DNA from: Lachnospiraceae bacterium
Lineage (GTDB): Bacteria > Bacillota > Clostridia > Lachnospirales > Lachnospiraceae
Assembly: GCA_017624495.1 (NCBI GenBank)
Contig: JAGAMY010000005.1
Location: 6,433-70,432, forward strand
Length of the DNA: 64,000 nucleotides
Reading direction: 5' to 3'
Both the position numbers and the translations under genes were made by a program. The number at the start of each line of letters is the position of its first letter. The stretch's first letter is position 1. The notes beneath the pieces are model-generated. The model saw only the letters and a list, made by a program, of their open reading frames with translations. It was not told the DNA's origin and made no database searches. Shown here piece after piece: positions 48,927-59,205 of this stretch.

Positions 48927-49808
48927 ATGGATCAGGCAGAACAGCTTAGAAATGTAATAAAACAGAAAAATCGTGCAGCAACACCAAAATGCGCAAGAGT
49001 AGTGACAATTACAAGCGGAAAGGGTGGTGTTGGAAAATCAAATACAGCGGTAAATATGGCAATATGGCTTCGGAAAATGGGAAAAAACGTCATAATTTTT
49101 GATGCAGATATTGGTCTTGCCAATGTAGAGGTTATGCTGGGAGCAATTCCAAAGTATAACCTTACAGATTTGATTTATAAGGGTAGAAGTATTCGTGAAA
49201 TAGTAACATGGGGACCTATGGATATAGGTTTTATTTCTGGTGGTTCAGGTATTGCCAGTTTGAATAACCTTTCTAAAAACCAGATATCTTATCTGGTACA
49301 TAGCCTCACAGAATTAAATGAAATGGCAGATGTCATCATTGTTGACACAGGTGCAGGAATATCGGATTATGTTCTTGAATTTGTATTGGCTAGCCCGGAG
49401 GTTCTTGTTGTAACTACACCGGACCCAAGTTCTTTAACAGATTCATATTCTCTTTTAAAGATAATGTATCGTAATCCGATGTTTTCAAGAGATAAGACAA
49501 AAATTCATGTGGTTGTAAATAAAGTTCATAGCGTGGAAGAGGGAGAAGCTATATTTGCAAAATTGAATTCTGTTGTTTCGCGATTTTTAAATGGGGAAGT
49601 AAATTTTATTGGTATGATTCCGCAGGATTCAGAGATGGATATGGCAGTAAGAAGTCAAAAAATAGTATCTTTGGAACGCCCAAATGCAAGTTCTTCAAAA
49701 GCGTATGAGGTTTTGACCGGAAATTTTGTAAATGGAGAGAATAAGCAGATTGTTTTACACAAAGGCATTGCACAGTTGTTTTCCAATTTTCTGTCAAGGA
49801 AAAAATAA
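48927..49808 (+). CDS. flhG: MinD-like ATPase FlhG (FleN/YlxH)
   Basis: MDQAEQLR, TSGKGGVGKSN, DADIGLAN, DTGAGIS. Confidence 0.93.
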   Translation: MDQAEQLRNVIKQKNRAATPKCARVVTITSGKGGVGKSNTAVNMAIWLRKMGKNVIIFDADIGLANVEVMLGAIPKYNLTDLIYKGRSIREIVTWGPMDIGFISGGSGIASLNNLSKNQISYLVHSLTELNEMADVIIVDTGAGISDYVLEFVLASPEVLVVTTPDPSSLTDSYSLLKIMYRNPMFSRDKTKIHVVVNKVHSVEEGEAIFAKLNSVVSRFLNGEVNFIGMIPQDSEMDMAVRSQKIVSLERPNASSSKAYEVLTGNFVNGENKQIVLHKGIAQLFSNFLSRKK

Positions 49809-49826
49809 ACAGGTGAGGAAGATATA

Positions 49827-50552
49827 ATGTTTAGGGAGATAGTGCACTTAGGTGATAAAATTGATATTCGGTTTGTTCAGCAGATTGAACGGAATGAAGA
49901 ATCACCACATGTATATAAAAGTCAGCTGACGGATATTACAGAAGAGGGTGAGCTGGAGATTACCATGCCCATTGAAAATGGCAGGCTGGTTCTTCTTCCG
50001 TTAGGTATACGGTTTGAGTTTGTATTTTATACATCAAAAGGTCTGTACCATAGTATCGGACAGATTAAAGAGCGTTATAAGAAAGATAATATTCATATGA
50101 TTTTGGTGGAATTACATTCCCAGTTAAAAAAATATCAGCGAAGAGAATATTATCGTTATCCGTGTCTGATGAAGGCACAGTTTTATCATATATCGAAGGA
50201 TGATATAGATACAAAAACAACTGAACAGATATTTGAAGATTTACGAGATGAACATTTTTTTGAAAAACAAAAGCATGTGTCTATCCATGATTTGAGTGGA
50301 GGCGGTGTGCGGATGGTTAGTGAAGAGAAAATTGCAGCTAACAGTTATATTCTGTTGATTATTCACTTGTGTAATGAAAATACGGATAAACAGTTTTTTT
50401 TGGCAGGTCATGTTTTAGATTCAGAGAAAATAGAGAATCATGAAGGGAAATTTGAATCCAGAGTGCAGTTTATTTTCCGGAATGACCAAATGAGAGAAGA
50501 AATTATACGTTTTATTTTTGAGGAAGAGAGAAAAGACAGACAGTTGAACTGA
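49827..50552 (+). CDS. YcgR/MotI-like PilZ-domain flagellar brake protein
   Basis: QRREYYR (RxxxR) and DLSGGG (DxSxxG) c-di-GMP-binding motifs. Confidence 0.88.
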   Translation: MFREIVHLGDKIDIRFVQQIERNEESPHVYKSQLTDITEEGELEITMPIENGRLVLLPLGIRFEFVFYTSKGLYHSIGQIKERYKKDNIHMILVELHSQLKKYQRREYYRYPCLMKAQFYHISKDDIDTKTTEQIFEDLRDEHFFEKQKHVSIHDLSGGGVRMVSEEKIAANSYILLIIHLCNENTDKQFFLAGHVLDSEKIENHEGKFESRVQFIFRNDQMREEIIRFIFEEERKDRQLN

Positions 50553-50617
50553 TGGAAGAGGGGTTGGCTTACCTGTGTGTATGGAGAAAATCGTACATGT
50601 AAGGAAAGGAAGGTCGT

Positions 50618-51691
50618 ATGAAGAAAAATATTTTGGTTGCTGATGACTCTGCACTCATGAGAAGGGTTATCTGTGATATAATCAATACAGATAGTACATT
50701 TCAGGTGACAGATGTTTGTAAAGATGGTATGGAAGCATACGAAAAGCTGAAAACAACACGGTATGATGGTGTGATTCTTGATGTGAATATGCCTCGTATG
50801 AGCGGCCTGGAATTACTTGAAAAGTTACAAAAAGAAGGAATAAAAGCAACAATTATTATGGTCAGTACGGTAACGGTTAAGGATGCAGAAGTTACTATGC
50901 TGGCAATGGAACTTGGAGCCGTTGATTTTGTAACCAAACCAACCAATATTATAGAAGCGAAGGGTGAGACCTTTAAAAAGGACTTATTGTCAGTTCTTAC
51001 AGCAGTTTTAAGAACACAGACAATAGCAAGAGAGGTAAAACCAATGTTAAGGCAGTCTGGAAAAGTAGAAAGAACAATGAATTTTCAGACACCGTTACCT
51101 ACAGGTAAAGGAAACAAAGTGGTTGCGCTGGCATGTTCGACCGGCGGACCGAAATCGCTTCAAAGTGTCATACCACTTTTGCCGGAAAAGTTAAATGCGC
51201 CAATTGTATTGGTTCAGCATATGCCAGTTGGCTTTACAAAGTCTATGGCAGACAGGCTTAATGAATTAAGCAGTGTTTCGGTAAAAGAAGCAGAGGATGG
51301 TGATATCCTGCAAAAAGGCTGGGTATATGTGGCACCTGGTGGCAAGCATATGGAAGTAGTAAAGATGGCAGATGGCAAGCATAAAATCAGCTTAAATACT
51401 ATGCCGGCTATCGGTGGATTAAGGCCATGTGCAGATATTACATATGATTCTTTGCGAAAGAGTGGTTTTGATGAGGTTGTATGTGTTGTACTTACCGGAA
51501 TGGGTGCAGATGGTACAAAGGGTATTCTATCTTTAGAAAAATCCAAACCGATTCATGTGATTTCGCAAAGTGCAGAGACCTGTGTAGTATATGGTATGCC
51601 AAAAGCAATTTATGAGGCTGGTGTGGTAGACGAAGTGGTTCCTTTAAAAGAAGTTGCAACAACAATTACCAAGAGAGTGGGGGTACAGTAG
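50618..51691 (+). CDS. cheB: Chemotaxis methylesterase CheB
   Basis: Receiver domain plus STGGP, VQHMP, LTGMGADG, VVYGMP. Confidence 0.96.
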   Translation: MKKNILVADDSALMRRVICDIINTDSTFQVTDVCKDGMEAYEKLKTTRYDGVILDVNMPRMSGLELLEKLQKEGIKATIIMVSTVTVKDAEVTMLAMELGAVDFVTKPTNIIEAKGETFKKDLLSVLTAVLRTQTIAREVKPMLRQSGKVERTMNFQTPLPTGKGNKVVALACSTGGPKSLQSVIPLLPEKLNAPIVLVQHMPVGFTKSMADRLNELSSVSVKEAEDGDILQKGWVYVAPGGKHMEVVKMADGKHKISLNTMPAIGGLRPCADITYDSLRKSGFDEVVCVVLTGMGADGTKGILSLEKSKPIHVISQSAETCVVYGMPKAIYEAGVVDEVVPLKEVATTITKRVGVQ

Positions 51692-51692
51692 A

Positions 51693-53774
51693 ATGGATGT
51701 AAGTCAATATCTTGAGATTTTTATCGATGAAACCAGTGAGCATTTACAGAATTTAAGCGACTGTATTATGACCCTGGAGAAAGAGCCGGACAACAAAGAT
51801 ACAATTAATGAAATCTTTCGTGCTGCACATTCATTAAAAGGTATGGCAGGTACCATGGGATTTAAGCGTATGCAGCATCTGACCCATGATATGGAAGATA
51901 TGTTTCAGGAAGTTCGTGGTGAAAAGATAAAAGTTACCAGTAAAATGATTGATATTCTCTTTGAGTGTTTAGATGCATTGGACAAGTATTTGGAAAATGT
52001 AAAAGAAACTTCAGAAGAGGGTTCAGAAGATAACGAAGCAATTATTAAAGAACTGAATGACTTTATTGCTGCTGCAGAAGGAAAAGCTGTAGAGGAAGCG
52101 GCACCTGATAAGGAAGAACCGGCAAAAGCGGAAATTGTTGCAAGAGAGAAGAAGTTCTTAGAAGCAGAACTTACAAATGCAGAAAAAGAAGCTATTAAAA
52201 ATGCTGTAAATACAGATAATCGCGTATATGGTTTTACAGTATATATTCATCCGGATTGTCTGCTGAAAGCAGCAAGAGCTTTTCTTGTATTTAAAGCAGT
52301 AGAGGATTATGGTGAGATCATTATTTATCGTCCAAGTTCACAGGACATTGAGGATGAGAAATTTGATTTAGATTTTACTTTTTTTGTATCTTCAGCAGAA
52401 AGCTTAGACAAGATTATTGCAGCAGCAAATGCTGTGTCTGAAATTGATGCGGTAATCGCAGAAGAAGTAAAATTAGATATTTATGATAAAGCAGAAGAAA
52501 ATGCTGCTGAGGAATTACCAGAGGTGGTTGAACAGGCGGAAGTAAGTGTGCCATCAGCAGATGCTGCAAAGAAAAATCAGCCATCAGCGAAAAAGACAAC
52601 AACCAATAAACCGGTAACCAGCCGTACAGTTCGTGTGGATATTGAAAAATTAGACGCATTGATGAATCAGGTCAGTGAGTTGATTATTGCAAAGAATAGT
52701 CTTGTTTCTATTAGCACGACAGAAGGTGGTAATTTCCAGAATCAGGCATTCCATGAACAGATTGAATACTTAGAGCGTATTACAACAAATCTTCATGAAT
52801 CAGTTATGAAGGTTCGAATGGTGCCAATTGAAAGTGTTGTAAATAAATTCCCGCGTATGGTTCGTGATCTTTCCAGAAAACTGAATAAGAGCATGGAATT
52901 ATACATGAGTGGTGAAGATACAGAATTAGATCGTACGGTAGTAGACCAGATTGGTGATCCGTTGCAGCACTTGCTTCGTAATTCTGCAGATCATGGTTTG
53001 GAAAGCGCAGAAATTCGTCGCATGAGAGGAAAGCCGGCGAAAGGTGCAATTTACTTAAATGCATTTCAGGAAGGTAATAACGTTATTATTGAAGTTAGCG
53101 ATGATGGTAACGGTATTGATACAGAAAAAGTTAAAGAAAAAGCGATTGAACGTGGCGTGATTACTCAGGAACAGGCTGAAGTGATGACACAGAAAGAAAT
53201 TATTAATCTGTTGTTTATGCCGAGTTTTTCAATGGCAAAGAAGATTACGGACGTTTCCGGACGTGGTGTTGGACTTGATGTTGTTCGTTCAAATATTGAA
53301 GCCCTTGGCGGAGATGTGGAAGTTTCAAGCGTACTTGGTGAAGGTTCTAAATTTACAGTCAGACTGCCACTTACTCTTGCAATTATTCAGGCATTGATGG
53401 TAGAAATCCGTGATGAAAAATATGCGATTGCTTTAGGCTCTATTCAGACAATTGAAGATATTCCTGTTAAGGATATTCGTTATGTAGAAGCAAAAGAAGT
53501 AATCCACTTAAGAGATATGGTTATTCCGTTGATTCGTATGGATAAGATTTTAGATATCGACCCATTAGAGGAAGAACCGGAAAGCTTAACAGTAGTTATT
53601 GTGAAAAAAGGAGATAAATTTGCAGGTCTTGTAGTTGATAACTTAATGGGACAACAGGAAATCGTTATTAAATCTTTGGGCAAATTTATTAAGAATAACA
53701 AGATTATCAGTGGCGCAACCATTCTTGGTGATGGTGAAGTGGCATTAATCTTAGATGTAAATGCGTTGATTTAA
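51693..53774 (+). CDS. cheA: Chemotaxis histidine kinase CheA
   Basis: IFRAAHSLKGM, HLLRNSADHG, DDGNG, SGRGVGLDVV, C-terminal CheW-like domain. Confidence 0.97.
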   Translation: MDVSQYLEIFIDETSEHLQNLSDCIMTLEKEPDNKDTINEIFRAAHSLKGMAGTMGFKRMQHLTHDMEDMFQEVRGEKIKVTSKMIDILFECLDALDKYLENVKETSEEGSEDNEAIIKELNDFIAAAEGKAVEEAAPDKEEPAKAEIVAREKKFLEAELTNAEKEAIKNAVNTDNRVYGFTVYIHPDCLLKAARAFLVFKAVEDYGEIIIYRPSSQDIEDEKFDLDFTFFVSSAESLDKIIAAANAVSEIDAVIAEEVKLDIYDKAEENAAEELPEVVEQAEVSVPSADAAKKNQPSAKKTTTNKPVTSRTVRVDIEKLDALMNQVSELIIAKNSLVSISTTEGGNFQNQAFHEQIEYLERITTNLHESVMKVRMVPIESVVNKFPRMVRDLSRKLNKSMELYMSGEDTELDRTVVDQIGDPLQHLLRNSADHGLESAEIRRMRGKPAKGAIYLNAFQEGNNVIIEVSDDGNGIDTEKVKEKAIERGVITQEQAEVMTQKEIINLLFMPSFSMAKKITDVSGRGVGLDVVRSNIEALGGDVEVSSVLGEGSKFTVRLPLTLAIIQALMVEIRDEKYAIALGSIQTIEDIPVKDIRYVEAKEVIHLRDMVIPLIRMDKILDIDPLEEEPESLTVVIVKKGDKFAGLVVDNLMGQQEIVIKSLGKFIKNNKIISGATILGDGEVALILDVNALI

Positions 53775-53787
53775 GGAGGTGTCTTAG

Positions 53788-54252
53788 ATGGAAAATGCGA
53801 TTGAAGTTTCTGAAAGATATACAAAACAGTATATTGTTGTAAAAATTGGAAATGAGCAGTATGGTCTGGATATCAGTTATGTAGATAATATCGTTCGTAT
53901 GCAGAGTATTACCAGAGTTCCAAAGGCACAGACCTATTTTAAAGGAATCATTAATCTGCGTGGTGAAATTGTTCCTGTTATGAGTATTCGTTTAAAAATG
54001 GGATTGGCAGATGATGAATTTACAGATGCATCAAGAATTATCATTTTAAAAATTGAAGAGCAGGGAATTATTGGTATTATTGTTGACGAAGTGAAAGAAG
54101 TTGTCGAACTGGCAGCGGAGGATATCGATCATTCAACAAAGACTGCTAAAAATGATAAGAATAGTTTTATCAGTGGCGTTGGTAAGCATGGTGATGAATT
54201 GATTTCTTTATTTGATATCAGCGCAGTTGTTGATGAATCAGAAAACGTTTAA
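53788..54252 (+). CDS. cheW: Chemotaxis coupling protein CheW
   Basis: ITRVPKA..YFKGIINLRGEIVPV, GIIVDEV.EV. Confidence 0.95.
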   Translation: MENAIEVSERYTKQYIVVKIGNEQYGLDISYVDNIVRMQSITRVPKAQTYFKGIINLRGEIVPVMSIRLKMGLADDEFTDASRIIILKIEEQGIIGIIVDEVKEVVELAAEDIDHSTKTAKNDKNSFISGVGKHGDELISLFDISAVVDESENV

Positions 54253-54293
54253 GAATAGTAGTGAGACTATGTTTGGTGGTCTCACTATATTCT
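54252..54293 (+). other. Long intergenic hairpin between cheW and cheC
   Basis: AGAATA-G-TAGTGAGACTAT ... GTGGTCTCACTA-TATTCT, about 18 bp with G-U pairs; no clear U-tract. Confidence 0.55.
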
Positions 54294-54323
54294 ATATATT
54301 CCTATCGGAATACGGAGGAAAGA

Positions 54324-54944
54324 ATGAGTAAATTTACATTGGAAGAAGTCAACGATATGTATGTTGACGTTTTAAGAGAACTCGGAAATATTGGTGCAGG
54401 TAATGCAACAACAGCGATATCTTCGATGTTAGGTGATAGAATCGATATGAATGTGCCAAAAGTAGAGTTGTTAGAAGCTTCTAAATTAGGCTCATGTATT
54501 TGCCCAGAGGATGAAATTATTGTAGGAATTTTCTTGGAAGTAATGACAGATATCGATGGCAGTATGATGTTTTTGCTGAAAATGAATTCGGCGCAATATC
54601 TTGTAAATAAGTTGATGGGTAGGGACATTGAAACAAAAAAAGAGTTTGATGAGATGGATTTGTCTGCTTTAAAAGAAATTGGTAATATTATTGCAGCATC
54701 GTATCTTTCTGCTTTATCTATGATGACTAATTTGGTGATTACCCCGTCTATTCCACATATTTCAGTGGACATGGCGGCATCGATTTTGAGTGTTCCTGCT
54801 ATTCAGTTTGGACAGTATGGAGATAATGCACTTTTGATTGAAACTGAATTCGGGGATGACATTATGATTAATGGTTATTTTATTTTGATGCCTGAACAGG
54901 ATTCTTATGGTAAAATATTAACTGCACTTGGTCTTTCAGTATAA
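54324..54944 (+). CDS. cheC: Chemotaxis phosphatase CheC
   Basis: DVLRELGNIGAGNATTA, SALKEIGNII; ATG 54324 after GGAGG. Confidence 0.95.
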   Translation: MSKFTLEEVNDMYVDVLRELGNIGAGNATTAISSMLGDRIDMNVPKVELLEASKLGSCICPEDEIIVGIFLEVMTDIDGSMMFLLKMNSAQYLVNKLMGRDIETKKEFDEMDLSALKEIGNIIAASYLSALSMMTNLVITPSIPHISVDMAASILSVPAIQFGQYGDNALLIETEFGDDIMINGYFILMPEQDSYGKILTALGLSV

Positions 54945-54956
54945 GGAGCAAAATAG

Positions 54957-55442
54957 ATGAGTCAGGTTATAAGAGTAGGCATGGCAGATTTGAATATATG
55001 CAAATCACCTGATATTATAACAACGTTAGGACTTGGTTCCTGTATAGGTCTGACCTTTTACGATCCTGTGGCAAAAGTCGGTGGTATGGTGCATTATATG
55101 CTGCCGGATAGTACGCAAATGAGAAATAACAGTAATATTGCAAAGTTTGCAGATACAGGAATTGATGAACTTCTGAAGAGGGTTTTGGCTGCAGGAGCCA
55201 GCAAAAGTCGTTTGGTGGCAAAAATTGCAGGCGGAGCAAAGATGTTCGAGGTAAGTGGAATGTCTAATGTTGGAAATATAGGTGAAAGAAATGCAATTGC
55301 TGCCAGAGAAAAGTTGAAAGCATTAAATATACGACTGGTGGCAGAAGATACGGGGCTTAATTATGGTCGTACGGTAGAGTTGCATTGTGAGACAGGGGAG
55401 TTTTATATTAAATCTGTCGGTAAGCCGTTAAAAATTATGTAA
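54957..55442 (+). CDS. cheD: Chemoreceptor glutamine deamidase CheD
   Basis: TLGLGSCIG, HYMLP, AKIAGGAKMF, IGERN, EDTG..YGRT. Confidence 0.96.
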   Translation: MSQVIRVGMADLNICKSPDIITTLGLGSCIGLTFYDPVAKVGGMVHYMLPDSTQMRNNSNIAKFADTGIDELLKRVLAAGASKSRLVAKIAGGAKMFEVSGMSNVGNIGERNAIAAREKLKALNIRLVAEDTGLNYGRTVELHCETGEFYIKSVGKPLKIM

Positions 55443-55460
55443 GCCTCTGGCAATGGAGGA

Positions 55461-55745
55461 ATGAAAATGAATACAAAGCCGTTACCGGCAATTTTAGCAC
55501 TTGTTGCCGGTTTTTTGACATGCATTATGTCATTTGTACAGAATGTCGATTTAGTTATTTTTGCAAAAAGATTTATAGTAGTCTGTATAGTTTTCTTTGT
55601 TATTGGCATGGTGATTCGTATTGTTATTGATATGAATTTTAAAGAAAAGAATGAGGAAGAAGTTTCAGAAGATTTACAGATGGAAGAAACGGAAACAGAA
55701 GAAAACGAAGAAATTGAAGAAGCAGACGAGGGTGATACAGACTAG
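55461..55745 (+). CDS. Small 2-TM hypothetical protein with acidic tail
   Basis: RBS GGAGG; two hydrophobic helices, then an E/D-rich tail; lies between cheD and fliA. Confidence 0.7.
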   Translation: MKMNTKPLPAILALVAGFLTCIMSFVQNVDLVIFAKRFIVVCIVFFVIGMVIRIVIDMNFKEKNEEEVSEDLQMEETETEENEEIEEADEGDTD

Positions 55746-55771
55746 TTCAGTATTTGTATTGGGGGCTTGAA

Positions 55772-56536
55772 ATGAAGACAACAGAGAAAGAAAAATTGTG
55801 GGAATCGTATAGAAAGAATCCTACACCTGAAATACGCGAACAGATTATCTTAGAGTATGCATCTTTAGTAAAAGTAGTGGCAGGACGACTGAGTATGTAT
55901 TTGGGCTATAACGTCGAGTACGATGATTTGGTTGGTTATGGTATTTTTGGTCTGATAGATGCAATAGATAAATTTGATGCAGCAAAAGATGTAAAGTTTG
56001 AAACATATGCAAGTCTCAGAATACGGGGTTCGATATTGGATCAGATTCGAAAAATGGATTGGATTCCAAGAACAGTCAGACAAAAACAAAAAAAATTAGA
56101 TGAAGCTATAAAACAGATTGAGATGCGGACAGGGAAAACTGCTACAGATGAAGAAGTAGCAAAGGAAATTGGAATTTCCGATGATGAACTACTTAACTGG
56201 CAGTCACAGTTAAAGGTGACAAATATTGTTTCGCTAAATGAATATGTTGAACAAGGTAGTGAGCCTGTAATGGATGCAAGAAATAATTCTCATTTCGTGC
56301 AGCCGGAAGAAAGGATTCAGGAAAATGAATTGAAGCAGGTTTTACAGGAAACCCTAGAACATTTAACAGAAAAAGAAAGAAAAGTTATTGAATTATATTA
56401 TTTTGAAGAATTAACCTTAAAAGAAATCAGTAAAGTACTTGAAGTATCAGAGTCGAGAATTTCCCAGTTACATACGAAAGCGTTGTTGAAGATGCGTAAG
56501 AAGATGGGAAGTTACATGGATATCTTGGTGGATTGA
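55772..56536 (+). CDS. fliA: Flagellar sigma factor sigma-28 (FliA/SigD/WhiG)
   Basis: DDLVGYGIFGLIDAIDKFD, KFETYASLRIRGSILDQIR..DWIPR, LTLKEI..VL.VSESRISQLH. Confidence 0.96.
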   Translation: MKTTEKEKLWESYRKNPTPEIREQIILEYASLVKVVAGRLSMYLGYNVEYDDLVGYGIFGLIDAIDKFDAAKDVKFETYASLRIRGSILDQIRKMDWIPRTVRQKQKKLDEAIKQIEMRTGKTATDEEVAKEIGISDDELLNWQSQLKVTNIVSLNEYVEQGSEPVMDARNNSHFVQPEERIQENELKQVLQETLEHLTEKERKVIELYYFEELTLKEISKVLEVSESRISQLHTKALLKMRKKMGSYMDILVD

Positions 56537-56551
56537 GGGGGGAGATGAACG

Positions 56552-58150
56552 ATGGAGAATAGGAATAGCTATTTTAAGCCAAGTATAGAATCAGGGATGT
56601 TGTATTTGAGATTTTTTCCGGCGCAGGAAGGCGGAAAAAATCTTGATATAAAAGAAGTGACGCGTTATCTTGCAGCACATGGACATAATGAGTACGATAT
56701 TAAAGAGTTGAATAATGCAATCGGTTCTGCCAGCCCATCAACAGTATGCATTGGTAATGATATGGGACTTCCTTACAATGAAAAAGTGGATATATCTCTT
56801 TCATTAGATAAGATGCTGGTTCGTTGTACATTTTATCCGGAAGGAAATAATGGAAAAAAAGCCACAGAAGAAGATATTCTTGATGCACTGACGCATGAAG
56901 GAGTAATATGTGGTATAGATGAGGCGAAGATTAAAGAACTTGCACAGGAGCATCAGTATTGTACGGAGTATTTAGTAGCAAAAGGAACACCGCCAACTTT
57001 AGGAAAAGATGCAAAAATTGAATATTTCTTTTCTACTAACCGTAGTTTGAAACCAAAACGTAATGAGGATGGTTCTGTAAATTATCATGAACTGAATATT
57101 ATTAGTAAAGTAGAAAAAGATCAGTTATTAGCACGTCTGATTCCAGCAGTGCCGGGACAGCCGGGGAAAACCGTTTGTGGCGAAGATGTAAAACCTCGTG
57201 ATGTACAGAATTTACATTTATCATATGCGAACAATATTCGTGTATCAGAAGATGGAATGGAATTATATTCTGAAGTAACAGGTCACGCTTCATTAGTACA
57301 GGGAAAAGTATTCGTATCAGGTGTATACGAAGTTCCGGCTGATGTAGACAATTCCATTGGTGATATTGAATATCCGGGAAATGTTTTGGTTCGTGGTAAT
57401 GTAAAGAGTGGCTTTGTTATCCGCGCAGAAGGCAATATTGAAGTTGAAGGTGTCGTAGAGGGCGCACGGTTATATGCAGGCGGTCAGATTATCGTAAAAC
57501 GTGGTATTCATGGAATGGGTAAAGGCTTGCTGAAAGCAAAGGGTAACGTAGTTATTAAGTTTATTGAAAGTGCTACCGTTGAATGTGGTGGCTATGTGGA
57601 TACAGAATCAATTATCCAGAGTAAAGTGTCTGCCAGCACAGAAATTATTGTTAGTGGTGGAAAGGGACTTATCATTGGTGGAAATGTTCAGGCATGTAAT
57701 CGTATTTCAGCAAGGACAATAGGTTCTGAAATGGGAACTGCTACTATGGTGCAGGTTGGTGTAGAACCGGAGAAATTAGAACGATACAACACATTACAGC
57801 AGACAGCAAAAGGGCTTGCAAAGAAAATAGAAGTGATTCGTCCTATCCTGCTTAATTATAGCGAAAAATTAAAAGCAGGAGTAACTATCCCACAGGATAA
57901 AGTTGATTTTATGAAACAGCAGGTTATTTCATTAAAAGCTTTACAGGAACAGCTTGCACCGGTAAATGAGGAAATTAATATTTTAAGAACTGACTTTATG
58001 AATGCAGGCAGAGCAAAAATAGAAGTGCAAAACGTTATTAATGCGGGAGTTACTGTAAAAATATCGGATTTATCTTTAATTATTAAAGATCAGAGAAGAT
58101 ATTGTTTCTATGTTAAAGAAGATGGTGAAATCAAAGCTAAAAATTTATAG
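56552..58150 (+). CDS. FapA/DUF342-family flagellar assembly protein
   Basis: P..NEDGSVNYHEL, PG.PG.TV.G, beta-helix repeats VDNSIGDI.Y.GNV.V.GNV; C-terminal coiled coil. Confidence 0.88.
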   Translation: MENRNSYFKPSIESGMLYLRFFPAQEGGKNLDIKEVTRYLAAHGHNEYDIKELNNAIGSASPSTVCIGNDMGLPYNEKVDISLSLDKMLVRCTFYPEGNNGKKATEEDILDALTHEGVICGIDEAKIKELAQEHQYCTEYLVAKGTPPTLGKDAKIEYFFSTNRSLKPKRNEDGSVNYHELNIISKVEKDQLLARLIPAVPGQPGKTVCGEDVKPRDVQNLHLSYANNIRVSEDGMELYSEVTGHASLVQGKVFVSGVYEVPADVDNSIGDIEYPGNVLVRGNVKSGFVIRAEGNIEVEGVVEGARLYAGGQIIVKRGIHGMGKGLLKAKGNVVIKFIESATVECGGYVDTESIIQSKVSASTEIIVSGGKGLIIGGNVQACNRISARTIGSEMGTATMVQVGVEPEKLERYNTLQQTAKGLAKKIEVIRPILLNYSEKLKAGVTIPQDKVDFMKQQVISLKALQEQLAPVNEEINILRTDFMNAGRAKIEVQNVINAGVTVKISDLSLIIKDQRRYCFYVKEDGEIKAKNL

Positions 58151-58170
58151 GAATATGAGGGTTTAATAAT

Positions 58171-58485
58171 ATGGCGGTTGGACCAGTGACATTAAGTGGT
58201 GTCATACAACGGACACAGGATATTGGTGTGATAAAACAGCAGGAAGATAGTAAGCCTTTTGTTGAACAGCAGAATATTCAGGCACATATGAAGACGCAGG
58301 AACATCGACAGATGAAACAGGTAAATCATGCAGATGATACGAATCAGCATGAAAAGCGTTATGATGCAAAAGAAAAAGGCAGTAATGAGTATCAGGGACA
58401 GCAGCAGAAAAAAAAGAAAAAGAATCAAAATGGAAGTTCTGTTGTATTGAAACAACAAAGTACACATTTCGATATGAAAATTTAG
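58171..58485 (+). CDS. Conserved flagellar-operon hypothetical protein (Q/K-rich, ends HFDMKI)
   Basis: RBS GAGGG; co-oriented, tightly packed ORF; terminal FD.KI motif. Confidence 0.7.
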   Translation: MAVGPVTLSGVIQRTQDIGVIKQQEDSKPFVEQQNIQAHMKTQEHRQMKQVNHADDTNQHEKRYDAKEKGSNEYQGQQQKKKKKNQNGSSVVLKQQSTHFDMKI

Positions 58486-58500
58486 AGGAGATTAAAAGTA

Positions 58501-59205
58501 ATGACAGTAACAGAAATTTTATTATTGATTATTGGTGTGGTATTCTTTGTTGCAAGTTTTTTTATCACAGAAAAATTAACGCCTGGAGAATTAAATAAAA
58601 TCGGTGAATTAAGTAAAGCGGATATTCATAAAATTATGGAGCGTGAAGTGAAAAATGTTTCCGGTGAACTGGAAAAACGTGTGGAAGAAAAAGCAGAAGA
58701 GGTTATGCTTAGAGCTGAACGTTCCATGGAAAAAGAGTCAAATGAAAAAATTATGGCTATTAGTGAATATTCAGATACCGTTATGGAGTCTATGAATAAG
58801 ACGCATAATGAAATAATGTTTCTTTACAGTATGTTAAATGACAAACATACAGAGCTTACCCAGTTCTCCTCGGAATTACAGGGTGTGGCAGGTGAATTGC
58901 ATAATAAAATCGAAGAAGAAAACGAAAAGAGGATTGTGCAGAACACCTTTGCCATGGAGACTGTGCAGGAAGAAATTGATGAACAGACATTTTTGCAGGA
59001 AGAACGTGAGGCACTTTATGTTGGCAGTCAGCCGAATGGACGCAGCAATACATGGAATACTGCAAAAGATGATAATAATCATAATGATGCAATTCTTGCG
59101 TTACATAAAGAAGGAAAAACAGGGATGGAAATTGCTAAAAAATTAGGACTTGGTATTGGAGAAGTTCGTTTAGTGATTAACCTGTATGAGGGAAACAAAA
59201 AGTGA
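58501..59205 (+). CDS. SwrB/YlxL-like (DUF6115-like) membrane protein with C-terminal HTH-like motif
   Basis: N-terminal TM, coiled coil, ILALHKEGKTGMEIAKKLGLGIGEVRLVINL. Confidence 0.7.
   Translation: MTVTEILLLIIGVVFFVASFFITEKLTPGELNKIGELSKADIHKIMEREVKNVSGELEKRVEEKAEEVMLRAERSMEKESNEKIMAISEYSDTVMESMNKTHNEIMFLYSMLNDKHTELTQFSSELQGVAGELHNKIEEENEKRIVQNTFAMETVQEEIDEQTFLQEEREALYVGSQPNGRSNTWNTAKDDNNHNDAILALHKEGKTGMEIAKKLGLGIGEVRLVINLYEGNKK

Noticed and set aside
50553-50617. Imperfect hairpin between the PilZ gene and cheB
   Set aside because: Pairing is weak with a bulge and several G-U pairs; cannot be distinguished from chance.
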